Source: Candidatus Zixiibacteriota bacterium (GTDB lineage: Bacteria; Zixibacteria; MSB-5A5; UBA10806; 4484-95). Taken from it: DNA of 54,689 nucleotides. Positions within the stretch are counted from its first letter, which is position 1. Each line of letters begins with the position of its first letter. Both the position numbers and the translations under genes were made by a program. This document shows, in pieces, positions 9,204 to 19,284 of the stretch. Where the stretch lies: the NCBI GenBank assembly GCA_037441845.1, contig JBBIRK010000009.1:1-54689 (forward strand). Direction: 5' to 3'. Under the pieces are notes generated by a model that saw only the letters and a list, made by a program, of their open reading frames with translations, did not search any database and was not told the origin of the DNA.

Positions 9204-11072
9204 ATGAAAAGTTTATTTCTCGATAAATTAGCCGAGTCGTTCATGATCTGCGACGGGGCGATGGGGACATACCTTAACCAAAAAGGTGTTCCCTATGAGC
9301 ATTGTTTCGATGAGCTTAATCTATCGCGCCCGGAGCTTGTGGGCAAGGTGCACCTCGAATACATTTCGGCGGGTGCGGAGATTATCGAAACGAACACTTT
9401 CGGGGCAAACGCTGCCAGACTATCGAATTACGGACTCGAATCGAAAGTGCGGGAAATCAATATCAAGGCGGGCAAGATCGCCCGAGAGGCCAGAGATGTA
9501 TCCGGCAGGGAAGTCCTCGTGGCAGGCTCGGTCGGTCCACTCGGCAAGCGGATCGGCCGTCTGGGCAAAATCACTGCCGCGGCCGCCGCCGAAATGTTCG
9601 AAGAACAGGCAGCGGCTCTTCTCGAGGCGGGCATAGATCTGTTCATATTGGAGACTATGTCGAATCTTGAAGAAATGATCATCGCCATCGCTTCAGTCAG
9701 GAAATTAACCGACCTGCCGCTGGTTGCCCAGATGACGTTTACGGAAGAAGGCGTCACTTTGCATGGCAACACTCCGGCCGAGGTTGCGACAGGATTGGCG
9801 GCAGAAGGGGCCGATGTCGTCGGCGCCAATTGCTCCGTGGGTCCGCAGGCGATGTTGGAAGTAATAAATGAATTCTTTAATGCGGGCGCTCGCCTTATTT
9901 CCGCCCAGCCGAATGCCGGTCTGCCCAGAATGTATGACGGGCGATTCATGTATTTCACTCAACCGGATTATTTCGCCAGATACGCGAAAGAGTTTGTCGA
10001 ATCGGGAGTGAAAATCATAGGCGGCTGTTGCGGCACCACCCCAGAACATATCGCCGCCATAGCGGAAAAACTGAAACACTTTCGTCCGTCGCCGCAACCG
10101 GAATCGAGTAAAAGCGAAATCACGGATAAATTCAGCGCCATATCGGTCCGCGAAGATCGACCGATTACTCCTTCGAAATCTGCGAAATACTCGCGTTTCC
10201 TCGAAAAATTGAAAACGAATAAAATCATTTCGGTGGAAATTGATCCTCCCAAAGGTTCCAATTCGGAGAGCATGATCAAAAGCGCCGCGGCGCTGAAAGA
10301 GGCCGGCGCCGATGCCATCAATATCGCTGATTCGCCGTTGGCCCGGATCCGCATGTCTTGTTTGGCGTCTGCCTATCTGATAAGACAACATATAGACATA
10401 GATATAATCCTTCATTTCACCACACGCGATAGGAACCTTATGGGCTTGCAATCCGACCTGCTGGGCGCTCATGCCCTCGGTATCAGAGACATCCTCGCTT
10501 TGACCGGCGATCCGCCGTCCCTGGGAGATTATCCACAGGCGACCGCGGTTTACGATGTTGATTCAATCGGGCTGGTCGGAATAATAAGCAAGATGAATTC
10601 GGGTTTCGATTTTTTCGACAATTCGATCGGAAAAGGAACGGAATTTTCCATCGGGGTGGCGGCCAATCCCACCGCGCCGGATTATAAGCTGGAAATGGCG
10701 AGACTGGAAAGAAAAATAAACGCCGGCGGTCAATACATCTTTACCCAGCCGATTTATGATATGCAACTTATCGAAAAATTCCTGAAAGATTGCGATTCAT
10801 TCGGCCTGCCGATAATTTTGGGTGTCTTGCCGCTGGTCAGCCACAAACATGCGGAATTCCTCCACAACGAGGTGCCCGGAATAAGCATACCCGATCAGAT
10901 CCGCAGCAGAATGCTAAATGCCGGCGACAGATCACGGCTTGAAGGCCAAAAGATCGCCCTTGAGCTGATCGACTCCGTCGGAGATAAAGTCGCCGGATTC
11001 TACCTGATGCCCTCTTTCAATAAATTCGATACCTGCCTTGATATAATCCGGGTCTTAAGGCGAACGAATTAG
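9204..11072 (+). CDS. Bifunctional homocysteine S-methyltransferase / methylenetetrahydrofolate reductase (YitJ/SamT-like)
   Basis: DGAMGT, ETNTFGAN, GANCSVGP, PNAGLP, IGGCCGTTPEHI, then MTHFR domain (VEIDPPK, LALTGDPP, TQPIYD, HNEVPGI). Confidence 0.93.
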   Translation: MKSLFLDKLAESFMICDGAMGTYLNQKGVPYEHCFDELNLSRPELVGKVHLEYISAGAEIIETNTFGANAARLSNYGLESKVREINIKAGKIAREARDVSGREVLVAGSVGPLGKRIGRLGKITAAAAAEMFEEQAAALLEAGIDLFILETMSNLEEMIIAIASVRKLTDLPLVAQMTFTEEGVTLHGNTPAEVATGLAAEGADVVGANCSVGPQAMLEVINEFFNAGARLISAQPNAGLPRMYDGRFMYFTQPDYFARYAKEFVESGVKIIGGCCGTTPEHIAAIAEKLKHFRPSPQPESSKSEITDKFSAISVREDRPITPSKSAKYSRFLEKLKTNKIISVEIDPPKGSNSESMIKSAAALKEAGADAINIADSPLARIRMSCLASAYLIRQHIDIDIILHFTTRDRNLMGLQSDLLGAHALGIRDILALTGDPPSLGDYPQATAVYDVDSIGLVGIISKMNSGFDFFDNSIGKGTEFSIGVAANPTAPDYKLEMARLERKINAGGQYIFTQPIYDMQLIEKFLKDCDSFGLPIILGVLPLVSHKHAEFLHNEVPGISIPDQIRSRMLNAGDRSRLEGQKIALELIDSVGDKVAGFYLMPSFNKFDTCLDIIRVLRRTN

Positions 11073-11158
11073 ATCGGAAGTAGACCCGGAAGTCTCCGAC
11101 CGATTCTCCGGAAGGCTTGTGCCCTCTTTCACAATCTATTATAACATAACGAATTAGC

Positions 11159-11187
11159 TTGACAAACAAAATCGCCGCTGATATCAT
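11159..11187 (+). promoter_or_regulatory. Putative sigma70 promoter
   Basis: TTGACA-N17-TATCAT with extended -10 TG. Confidence 0.65.
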
Positions 11188-11212
11188 AAACGCACTTTTG
11201 GAGTGTGGGAAA

Positions 11213-12211
11213 ATGAGTGGGATCGCGATTAGTCATATTGAACGAATGGAGCGCTTGCTTAGGTCCGAAGAGCTCGATCGGCCGCCCGTTTCGGCCTGGC
11301 GCCATTTCTACGGCCAGGAATGGTCCGCCGAAAATCTGGCATCCGCGATGCTGAATTTCCAGCGGGAATACGATTGGGATTTCATGAAAATCAATCCCCG
11401 GGCTGCTTACTATGTCGAGGATTGGGGCTGTCGTTTCGGAAGACCCGCCGACGATCGAACGAAACCATCGCTGATTTCGGGAGCGGTTGCCGTCCCCGAC
11501 GATTGGCTTAAAATAAAAGAACTCGACATTCTTTCCGGGGCTTTCGGTGAACAATTGCGCGCGGTGAAATTGATCGGTGACAGCTTGAATGGAACGCTCG
11601 ATTATGTCCAAACAGTTTTTTCGCCCTTATCGATCGCCGCGGATCTGGTCGGGTCGGATGAGCTTTTCGGCCGTTTGCTCGAGGAGCGCACCAATCTCGA
11701 GGTGGCGCTCGAGGCGATCAGCCGCACTTTGGTTCGTTATGTGAAAGAGTTATTAAGGCTCGGCGTGTCCGGCATATTTTTCGCCACTACCGAGTGGGGG
11801 ACACGCGATCGTATCTCGGAGGAGGAATATCTCGAATTCGGACGGCCGTTCGACCTGCTGGTTTTGGAAGCGGCGGCTGCGGCGAAATTCAATATAGTCC
11901 ACGTCTGTAAACAAAATAACCTCTTGCCGATGTTCAAAGATTATCCTTGCCGATTTTTGAGTTGGAACAAGCATGAACCCGGTAATCTCGATTTCGCCCA
12001 GGCGAAATATATCTTTTCGCAGGCGTTCATCGGCGGTATCGATCAGAATGGCGCTTTGCTGAATTCCGATCCCGCCGAAATCGATCGGCAATATCGGCGA
12101 GCGTCGTTGGAAGCCGAGGGACATCCTTTGGTGATCGCTCCCGGTTGCGCCATGAAGGTATTTACTCCGTCGGAAAATATCCGCGCATTGAGAGATTGCG
12201 TGGGGGATTGA
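11213..12211 (+). CDS. Uroporphyrinogen decarboxylase superfamily protein (URO-D/MtaA-like)
   Basis: DRPPVSAWRHF, QTVFSPLS, HVC and APGC motifs; ATG 11213 follows a promoter and GGAG. Confidence 0.85.
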   Translation: MSGIAISHIERMERLLRSEELDRPPVSAWRHFYGQEWSAENLASAMLNFQREYDWDFMKINPRAAYYVEDWGCRFGRPADDRTKPSLISGAVAVPDDWLKIKELDILSGAFGEQLRAVKLIGDSLNGTLDYVQTVFSPLSIAADLVGSDELFGRLLEERTNLEVALEAISRTLVRYVKELLRLGVSGIFFATTEWGTRDRISEEEYLEFGRPFDLLVLEAAAAAKFNIVHVCKQNNLLPMFKDYPCRFLSWNKHEPGNLDFAQAKYIFSQAFIGGIDQNGALLNSDPAEIDRQYRRASLEAEGHPLVIAPGCAMKVFTPSENIRALRDCVGD

Positions 12212-12216
12212 GGCTT

Positions 12217-12687
12217 ATGGACGAATACATGCCGACGATAACCCCCGAGCAACTTCTTGCGGTCGTTGACGATTTTGTCAAGACCGCATCGAGCCGCTAT
12301 TCGGCGCTCGAAGGTGTAGTGGCATTGCTTGCCGCCAATTTCAAAAACTACACATGGACCGGGATATATATTCTGGATGGTGATACATTGAAACTCGGGC
12401 CCTACCGCGGTTCGCCATCGCCCCACGAAACTATTCCGGTGGATCAGGGGATTTGCGGTGCGGCGATCAGGGAGAAAAAGACGATAATCGTTCCCGATGT
12501 CTCCGCCGATCCTCGCTATCTTTCCTGCTCCATGACCACGAAGTCTGAAATAGTCGTTCCGATATTCGACTCCAATGGCAAAGCTGTCGCCGAAATCGAT
12601 ATCGATTCGGACAGTCCCAATGATTTCGGGGAAACCGATCGCAAACTTCTCGAAAATATCGCCGGCAAATTGAGCCAACTATTTTAG
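12217..12687 (+). CDS. GAF-domain protein, free methionine-(R)-sulfoxide reductase (MsrC-like)
   Basis: WTGIY, LGPYRG, GICGAA, VPDV..DPRYLSC, SEIVVP, EIDIDS. Confidence 0.85.
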   Translation: MDEYMPTITPEQLLAVVDDFVKTASSRYSALEGVVALLAANFKNYTWTGIYILDGDTLKLGPYRGSPSPHETIPVDQGICGAAIREKKTIIVPDVSADPRYLSCSMTTKSEIVVPIFDSNGKAVAEIDIDSDSPNDFGETDRKLLENIAGKLSQLF

Positions 12688-12879
12688 GCAACAATCCTAT
12701 CCGATTTTGCTCCTAACGATTGGATCAATTTATGAATCAGGCAAACCCGCGATAATTACAGCCGTTCGGTTTTGCTATTGAAATATATACCGGGCGATGA
12801 TACAATTGTTGCATGATGCAAACGGTGCAGATAAAAAATAATCGCTTGGCGTGCCCCAGCCGATTTCCATTCGATCGAT

Positions 12880-14649
12880 ATGAATGAAATTAAGGTTCTT
12901 CCGGAATACCTTATCGACAAGATCGCGGCAGGCGAAGTCGTGGAAAATCCGGCATCGGTGGTCAAGGAGCTGATCGAGAATTCGCTCGATGCCGATGCCG
13001 ATTCGCTGAGCGTAACCGTCCAAAGCGGCGGGCTTGATTCGATTGTGGTCTCCGATAACGGCTCGGGTATCCCTCATGACCAGGTTCGCCTGGCATTCGC
13101 CCGACATGCCACCTCCAAAATCGCCGGCGAAGATGATCTCCACCGAATCGGGAGTTACGGGTTCAGAGGTGAGGCGTTGCCGGCTATCGCCTCGGTCTCC
13201 ATCGTGGAGATGCATACGGCCACCAGGACGGCCGACAGCGGCACAAAGATAGTTATCGAAGGCGGTAAAGTGAAGTCGTTCGAAGTCGCCGGCCCGCGTA
13301 GAGGAACATCGGTGACGGTTCGAAAGCTGTTTTTCAATACTCCCGCCAGGAGGAAATTCCTTAAAGGTGAAGTCGCCGAAATGAGAAAAATTACGGCGAT
13401 GATCTCCAAGTACGCCGTTTGTTCATATAAGACCTCGATAAGGTTGATTTCCGGCGATCGAGAATTGCTGAATTACGAAGGCGATTCTGAATTGAGCGAC
13501 AGGCTGGAAAGATTATGGGGTGAGAAAATCGGCCCGAAATTGATTCAAATCGACAGCCGGCCGTCACCGGAATTGCATATTACAGGATATATTTGCCGTC
13601 CCGAAATAAGCCGCGGCAATCGAAATCAAATATATCTGATTGTCAACGGCAGGCCGATAAACGACATCTCCCTGGTGCACGCTTTACGCTCCGGATATGG
13701 CAACACGCTCGAGTCTGGCTTTTTCCCACTGGCGGCTATATTCATAGAAATCGACCCGCAGTCGGTTGATGTAAACGTGCATCCGGCGAAAATCGAGGTT
13801 CGTTTCACCGATGAGAGGTTCATATATTCGCACCTGAAAAAAGTCGTGGAATCGGCGATTCAGCTGCCGGCTCTGTTTACGATCCAGGCCGGCCCGAACA
13901 TCGGCGGAAAAACCGATCTGAAGCAGAAAATGAATCAAAAAAGCAATACCGCGGTCGATCGCTCTTTCATAACTGGAATGAAAATCAGAAATCACGAGCA
14001 CGTTCATCATCTCAGACCGCCGGATGCAAGAGAAGAGGTGCCTGGATATCCGCCGGTGGAAAGCACGTTCGATTTAGGCCATTCTGGAGAGAAATTCTGG
14101 CAATTGTATAACACTTTCGTCATGGGTTTTCACGACGGCAAGATATGGATGCTCGACCAGCATACTGCGCACGAACGTATCCTTTTTGAAACCGCCCTCA
14201 ATGACCTATTCGAGCGTCATGGGGCATCCCAGAGACTGCTGTTCGACATGACTATCGATCTTGAGCCGGAGGCGATGGCGGTTTTCGAAAATCACCGGGA
14301 GATGTTCGCCAGATTGGGATTCGAAATGGAACCGTTCGGGGGAAGATCGTTGATCATCAGGGGAGTTCCCGCATATTTTGAAGGTTCATCGATCGAGGAA
14401 ATTTTCCGCAATATATTAAATGGATTCATGGATGGACTTTCCACAGGCGAAGATCCCAACATGGCCCTGGCCGCCTCGCTTGCATGCCACGCAGCCATAA
14501 AATCCGGTGATGTCATTAGCCAAGAGCAAATGCAATCTTTGTTTTCCAGATTATTCGAATGCGAAGACCCCTACCACTGCCCTCATGGTCGCCCGACGAT
14601 TGTCACGATTTCCCGCGAGGATCTCGATAAATTGTTCAAGCGAAGATGA
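12880..14649 (+). CDS. mutL: DNA mismatch repair endonuclease MutL
   Basis: KIAAGEVVENPASVVKELIENS, GFRGEAL, DVNVHPAK, DQHTAHER, CPHGRP. Confidence 0.98.
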   Translation: MNEIKVLPEYLIDKIAAGEVVENPASVVKELIENSLDADADSLSVTVQSGGLDSIVVSDNGSGIPHDQVRLAFARHATSKIAGEDDLHRIGSYGFRGEALPAIASVSIVEMHTATRTADSGTKIVIEGGKVKSFEVAGPRRGTSVTVRKLFFNTPARRKFLKGEVAEMRKITAMISKYAVCSYKTSIRLISGDRELLNYEGDSELSDRLERLWGEKIGPKLIQIDSRPSPELHITGYICRPEISRGNRNQIYLIVNGRPINDISLVHALRSGYGNTLESGFFPLAAIFIEIDPQSVDVNVHPAKIEVRFTDERFIYSHLKKVVESAIQLPALFTIQAGPNIGGKTDLKQKMNQKSNTAVDRSFITGMKIRNHEHVHHLRPPDAREEVPGYPPVESTFDLGHSGEKFWQLYNTFVMGFHDGKIWMLDQHTAHERILFETALNDLFERHGASQRLLFDMTIDLEPEAMAVFENHREMFARLGFEMEPFGGRSLIIRGVPAYFEGSSIEEIFRNILNGFMDGLSTGEDPNMALAASLACHAAIKSGDVISQEQMQSLFSRLFECEDPYHCPHGRPTIVTISREDLDKLFKRR

Positions 14650-15563
14650 AATTTATTATCGTCTGCGGCCCCACCTGTTCGGGCAAGACATCGCTGGGAA
14701 TAGAGCTTGCCCGAAAATTAGGCGGCGAAATCATCGGGGCGGATTCGCGTCAAATTTACAAAAAAGTCAATTTGGGAACAGCGAAACCCACGCCGAACGA
14801 ATACACGGGGCTTAATTATCACCTCATAGATTTTCTCGATTTATCGGAAAATTACTCCGCATACAAATATGCCATGTCGGCCAGAAAACTTATCTCCGAA
14901 ATAACCGAAAAAGGAAACGTTCCAATCGTCGTCGGCGGAACCGGCCTGTATCTGAAAGCGCTGACCGAGGGTTTTTTCGAATCGCCAGAGCCGAGCGAAA
15001 GCTTACGCCGAGAGCTCGAACGGAAATGGAACGAGATGGGCGGCAAAGCAATGCACGAGGAACTCGCCCGGGTCGATCCGGAGACCGCCGCTAAATTATC
15101 TCCCAATGATAAGGCACGCATACTTAGAGCTCTTGAAATTTTCAAACAAACCGGCATACCTATCTCAATACACAGACGCCAAGGGGAGGCCCATAGCTGG
15201 GGGCGGCCGCTCTGGGTAGGACTGAACACCGCTCGCCCGGTTCTATACGAATGGATTAACGCCAGAGTCGACCGCATGATTCAGAAAGGTTGGGAGAAAG
15301 AGCTTCATGCACTGCTGCCGGAATATGAAATGATAATAAAAAAACGGATATTGGGATATGTGGATATGTATAACCATATTGTTCGGAAAATAATCGATCG
15401 CCGCACTGCCATTGAATTGGTCAAGCAACATCATCGAAATTACGCCAAAAGGCAACTGACTTGGTTCACTAAGGTGAAACAGATCATATGGTTCGATCCA
15501 ACGGAACAATCTTTCCGGGATAAAGTATATCGTCTTTGTGTCGATTATTTCAAAAGAACTTGA
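14646..15563 (+). CDS. miaA: tRNA dimethylallyltransferase
   Basis: GPTCSGKT, ADSRQIY, GTAKP, VGGTGLY, YAKRQLTWF; follows mutL. Confidence 0.97.
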   Translation: MKFIIVCGPTCSGKTSLGIELARKLGGEIIGADSRQIYKKVNLGTAKPTPNEYTGLNYHLIDFLDLSENYSAYKYAMSARKLISEITEKGNVPIVVGGTGLYLKALTEGFFESPEPSESLRRELERKWNEMGGKAMHEELARVDPETAAKLSPNDKARILRALEIFKQTGIPISIHRRQGEAHSWGRPLWVGLNTARPVLYEWINARVDRMIQKGWEKELHALLPEYEMIIKKRILGYVDMYNHIVRKIIDRRTAIELVKQHHRNYAKRQLTWFTKVKQIIWFDPTEQSFRDKVYRLCVDYFKRT

Positions 15564-15616
15564 CAAATTGCGGCAATTGTCTTATATGCAATAAGTTAGT
15601 AAACAAAGGAGCTGAT

Positions 15617-17671
15617 TTGAAGCGATTATTAGCCGTCCTTTTGTCGGTTGCCCTTTCGATGATTATCGGTTGTTCCACAGCCCGTCGAGGCGATATTGAC
15701 CAGACAGGCACCACAGAAAACGGTTCGACGACGGTCGGAATTGAGGCCGATATTGCCGGCCGAGACTCATCTCTGGCGGCGATCCAAAACAGCCGCGATC
15801 AAATTCGCAATGCCCTAAAGGAATGCGAAAAGCAATATGCGCAAGGGATTATTTACTATCAGAAAAACCAGCTCGACTCCTCGCAAATGGCGTATGGACG
15901 GGCTCTCGAGCTTCTTGCCGATATCGATATAGATAACGAACAAGGTGATTTTTCCGAAGAATCGAAATGGGCCGAGACCTTATTGAAAGAGATCAAAGCC
16001 GATTACGAATTGACGCTGATGGCTTCCGGTGAGTTCTTTTCCGAGGGGTCCGCTAACGCTTTCAGAGAGCTATTCTCCGATATAAAGAATTTCAAAGCCT
16101 TGAAGGAAAAGAAAAAGACATCGGTAAGCAATCCCGACCTCCAAAAAGTCACCTACGATGTGCCTATCACTTTTAATGAAAAGGTGGAAAACTCGCTTAT
16201 CTACTTGCAGACGGTGGCTCATGATCTTTTCGAAAAATATCTCGGCCGATCCACCCGGTATATTCCGCTGATGTCGAAGATTCTCGAAGAGGAAGGATTG
16301 CCTTACGATATCGTCTATCTTCCGCTTATAGAATCTGGGTTTAACACTCATGCCTATTCCTATGCGAGGGCGATGGGGCCATGGCAGTTTATCGCCAGCA
16401 CCGGTAAAAGATATGGATTGGACAGGACCTGGTGGCACGATGAAAGGCGCGATTTCGAAAAATCAACCCGGGCGGCGTGTCGCTATTTGAAAGACCTATA
16501 TAACGAATTCCAATCCTGGGAATTAGCCCTGGCGTCTTATAATGGGGGAGAGGGAAGAGTCCGTAAGGAGATAGCCAAAAAGGGAACCCGCGATTTCTGG
16601 AAACTGAACCTTAAGAAACAGACACGCGATTATGTGCCGCTGTTTATGGCCGCGGTAATTATCGCCAAAGAACCGCAAAAATACGGCTTTAATCCGATCT
16701 ACGAGCCGCCTCTCGAATGGGAGACCGTTGTTATAGATAAGTGCATCTCATTCAAAAACATCCAGGCAAAGACCGGCATCAGTGTGGCTGACCTCGAATT
16801 TCTTAATCCGGAGATTCTGCGTGGCGTAACCCCCCCGAATGAAAAGTCGTACAATTTACGCATACCCGTGGGGTTTAAGGATGTTTTCCTTGCCGCGTAT
16901 GAGGATTTGCCCTCGGAAAAGGTCGTGAATTTCGTGCAGCACAAGGTCAGGAAAGGGGAAACCCTAAGCCGCATAGCCGCCAAACACGGGGTATCGCTAT
17001 CCTCCATTTTGTCGGCCAATAATATGGGTAAAAATCATAAAATCTATGTCGGGCAATCGCTATTGATTCCCAAACCGGGCATAGCCACGGAGTCGAGGAG
17101 CGCGGCTGTTGAGACGAAAAGCCCATCTATCGCAAAGACCGAAACCAAGTCAACAGCGGCCGAAAGCAGCCCAGTCAAAAAATACACGGTCAAAAAGGGA
17201 GATACTCTCGGGAAAATCGCTCAGAAGCACGGAGTAACGGTGAGCGCCTTGAAACGGGCTAATAGTCTTCGCAGCAATAAAATTTACGCCGGCAAAAAAC
17301 TGAATATTCCGGGAAACGGTGGTGAGCCGCCTGTTGAAACGGTGACTACGCATGTAGTGCGTAACGGCGATACCTTGCATAATATCGCTCTCAAGTATGG
17401 GGTTACTGTTGAGGCGATTAAGCGGCTGAATCGCTTGAACAGCAGCAGGATTTATCCCAGAATGGTGCTGAAAATCCCCGAGATGAGCCGCCAACGAATG
17501 GTCGAAAATAGCGGCAGGCAGGTCAAAACTTACAGAATCAAACGTGGAGATACCCTTTCGAAAATAGCCGATCTTTTCGAAGTTACGGTCGAGGATCTGA
17601 TCGAATGGAATCAAATATCTAATCCCCATCTGCTCCGAAGTGGCGATAGGTTAAATATTTATGCGCGATAG
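15617..17671 (+). CDS. Lytic murein transglycosylase (MltD-like) lipoprotein with four LysM domains
   Basis: Lipobox-like IIGC, SLT motifs (LPLIESGF, GPWQF, ASYNGGEG), four V/IxxGD/ETL LysM repeats; TTG start after AAGGAG. Confidence 0.92.
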   Translation: MKRLLAVLLSVALSMIIGCSTARRGDIDQTGTTENGSTTVGIEADIAGRDSSLAAIQNSRDQIRNALKECEKQYAQGIIYYQKNQLDSSQMAYGRALELLADIDIDNEQGDFSEESKWAETLLKEIKADYELTLMASGEFFSEGSANAFRELFSDIKNFKALKEKKKTSVSNPDLQKVTYDVPITFNEKVENSLIYLQTVAHDLFEKYLGRSTRYIPLMSKILEEEGLPYDIVYLPLIESGFNTHAYSYARAMGPWQFIASTGKRYGLDRTWWHDERRDFEKSTRAACRYLKDLYNEFQSWELALASYNGGEGRVRKEIAKKGTRDFWKLNLKKQTRDYVPLFMAAVIIAKEPQKYGFNPIYEPPLEWETVVIDKCISFKNIQAKTGISVADLEFLNPEILRGVTPPNEKSYNLRIPVGFKDVFLAAYEDLPSEKVVNFVQHKVRKGETLSRIAAKHGVSLSSILSANNMGKNHKIYVGQSLLIPKPGIATESRSAAVETKSPSIAKTETKSTAAESSPVKKYTVKKGDTLGKIAQKHGVTVSALKRANSLRSNKIYAGKKLNIPGNGGEPPVETVTTHVVRNGDTLHNIALKYGVTVEAIKRLNRLNSSRIYPRMVLKIPEMSRQRMVENSGRQVKTYRIKRGDTLSKIADLFEVTVEDLIEWNQISNPHLLRSGDRLNIYAR

Positions 17672-17684
17672 GCAATAAAATTCT

Positions 17685-17713
17685 TTGACAACCTATTGAT
17701 AATAAGATAGATT
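17685..17713 (+). promoter_or_regulatory. Putative sigma70 promoter, near-leaderless for sppA
   Basis: TTGACA-N17-TAGATT, 8 nt before ATG 17722. Confidence 0.6.
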
Positions 17714-17721
17714 CAGTTCCC

Positions 17722-18615
17722 ATGATTAAAGGAAAAGACATATTGATCGGTGCAATAATAACGGGTATGGTGCTGTTGTTTTTCAGCCTGGTGTTGATAA
17801 CGATTTGGGGAATTATCCGCCCCTCCGGTATTCCTATTACCGGCTCCGGAGGCCGGGTGGCTATCGTCGATATCAAGGGGATAATCGATGATTCCGAGTC
17901 GGTTATCGAGCTGTTGAAAAAGTACGAAAAGGATTCGAGCATAAAAGCGATCGTGCTCAGGGTGGATTCACCAGGCGGGGGCGTCGCTCCTTCCCAGGAG
18001 ATTTATGGTCAACTGCTTAAGCTGAAAGAAAAGGGAATTCCTTTGATCGTATCGATGTCATCGGTGGCGGCATCAGGTGGATATTACATTTCCTGTGCGG
18101 CGGATACGATCGTGGCCAATCCGGGCACGCTGACAGGATCGATAGGCGTCTTGATGGAATTCTTGACGATTCAGGGCTTGATGCAAAAAATCGGTGTAAA
18201 TCTTGAGGTCGTTAAGGCCGGCGAATTGAAAGACGTGGGGAATTTTTCGCGCCAAATGACCGAAAAGGAAAGGGCGATGCTTCAAACCGCCATAACCGAC
18301 GTGCATAATCAATTTATAGAAGCCGTCTCCGAGTCGAGGAATATCGATATCGAACAGGTCGAGGAATTGGCGGACGGCTCGATTTTCACGGGCAATCAGG
18401 CTCTGGAACTGGGACTTGTGGATAAGCTCGGGGGGTTGGAAGATGCGGTGTCGATCGCCGGCCGAATGGCCGGACTCGGGGACAATCCAAAAACCACCCG
18501 CGCCTATCCGAGGCGGCAAAGGCTTATCGATTATTTAACCGAAAAGGCGATGTCGCTATTCGGCATCGATGGGATAATCAAACCTTGGCCGGAAATTAAA
18601 TACCTTTATAGGTAA
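17722..18615 (+). CDS. sppA: Signal peptide peptidase SppA (36K type, S49)
   Basis: LRVDSPGG, AASGGYY, TGSIGV, K.GELKD, LGLVDKLG. Confidence 0.95.
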   Translation: MIKGKDILIGAIITGMVLLFFSLVLITIWGIIRPSGIPITGSGGRVAIVDIKGIIDDSESVIELLKKYEKDSSIKAIVLRVDSPGGGVAPSQEIYGQLLKLKEKGIPLIVSMSSVAASGGYYISCAADTIVANPGTLTGSIGVLMEFLTIQGLMQKIGVNLEVVKAGELKDVGNFSRQMTEKERAMLQTAITDVHNQFIEAVSESRNIDIEQVEELADGSIFTGNQALELGLVDKLGGLEDAVSIAGRMAGLGDNPKTTRAYPRRQRLIDYLTEKAMSLFGIDGIIKPWPEIKYLYR

Positions 18616-18630
18616 ACGACGATTATAATT

Positions 18631-18846
18631 ATGCCGCTTCGCGAATATAGTTGCAACATCTGCAAATGTGAGTTCGAGACGCTCGAAAGATCGGGGGCCG
18701 AGATGCATTGCCCTGAGTGCGGCACGAGCGATATTACCAAGAAATTTTCCGTATTCGGGTTCGCATCATCGCGGGGGTTCGTAAGTTCCAGCGGATCGTC
18801 CTGCGGTGGATGCGCGAAAAATAGTTGTAGTGGTTGTAATAAGTAG
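18631..18846 (+). CDS. FmdB-family zinc ribbon protein
   Basis: MPLREYSCxxC...CPECG with Cys-rich tail. Confidence 0.88.
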   Translation: MPLREYSCNICKCEFETLERSGAEMHCPECGTSDITKKFSVFGFASSRGFVSSSGSSCGGCAKNSCSGCNK

Positions 18847-18863
18847 ATGAGAGGAGGGAGCTA

Positions 18864-19157
18864 ATGACCAAAGCCGATCTGGTGGAACAGGTGGCTGAAA
18901 AGACCGGTTTGACCAGAACCGATGTTGCCGCAACCGTCGACAATTTTCTTGAGGCGATAAAAAAATGCCTTGAGACCGGCAAGAATATAGAAATACGCGG
19001 TTTCGGCACTTTCAAGATCAAGCCTCGCAAAGCCCGCAAGGCGCGTAACCCTCGGACCGGCGAAGAGGTGCCGGTTCCGGACAGAAAAATTCCGGTATTC
19101 AAGCCATCGAACGAGTTCAAGATTTTAGTCATGAATTCCAATGTGAACAAGGTGTAA
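18864..19157 (+). CDS. HU/IHF family DNA-binding protein
   Basis: MTKADLV, IRGFGTF, ARNPRTGE, PVFKP; GGAGG RBS. Confidence 0.96.
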   Translation: MTKADLVEQVAEKTGLTRTDVAATVDNFLEAIKKCLETGKNIEIRGFGTFKIKPRKARKARNPRTGEEVPVPDRKIPVFKPSNEFKILVMNSNVNKV

Positions 19158-19158
19158 A

Positions 19159-19254
19159 ATGCCCTGTGGCAGAAAAAGAAAAAGAAAAAAAATCAAAACC
19201 CATAAACGCAAAAAAAGATTGCGTCGGGATAGACATAAGAAGAAAATAAGATAA
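19159..19254 (+). CDS. 31-aa basic protein, bS22-like small ribosomal protein (AURKAIP1/COX24-type)
   Basis: Hand-translated MPCGRKRKRKKIKTHKRKKRLRRDRHKKKIR*; starts 1 nt after the HU stop; below the ORF track size cut-off. Confidence 0.85.
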   Translation: MPCGRKRKRKKIKTHKRKKRLRRDRHKKKIR

Positions 19255-19284
19255 TAAGCCCGAATGGCGCGAAAATAACAGATA

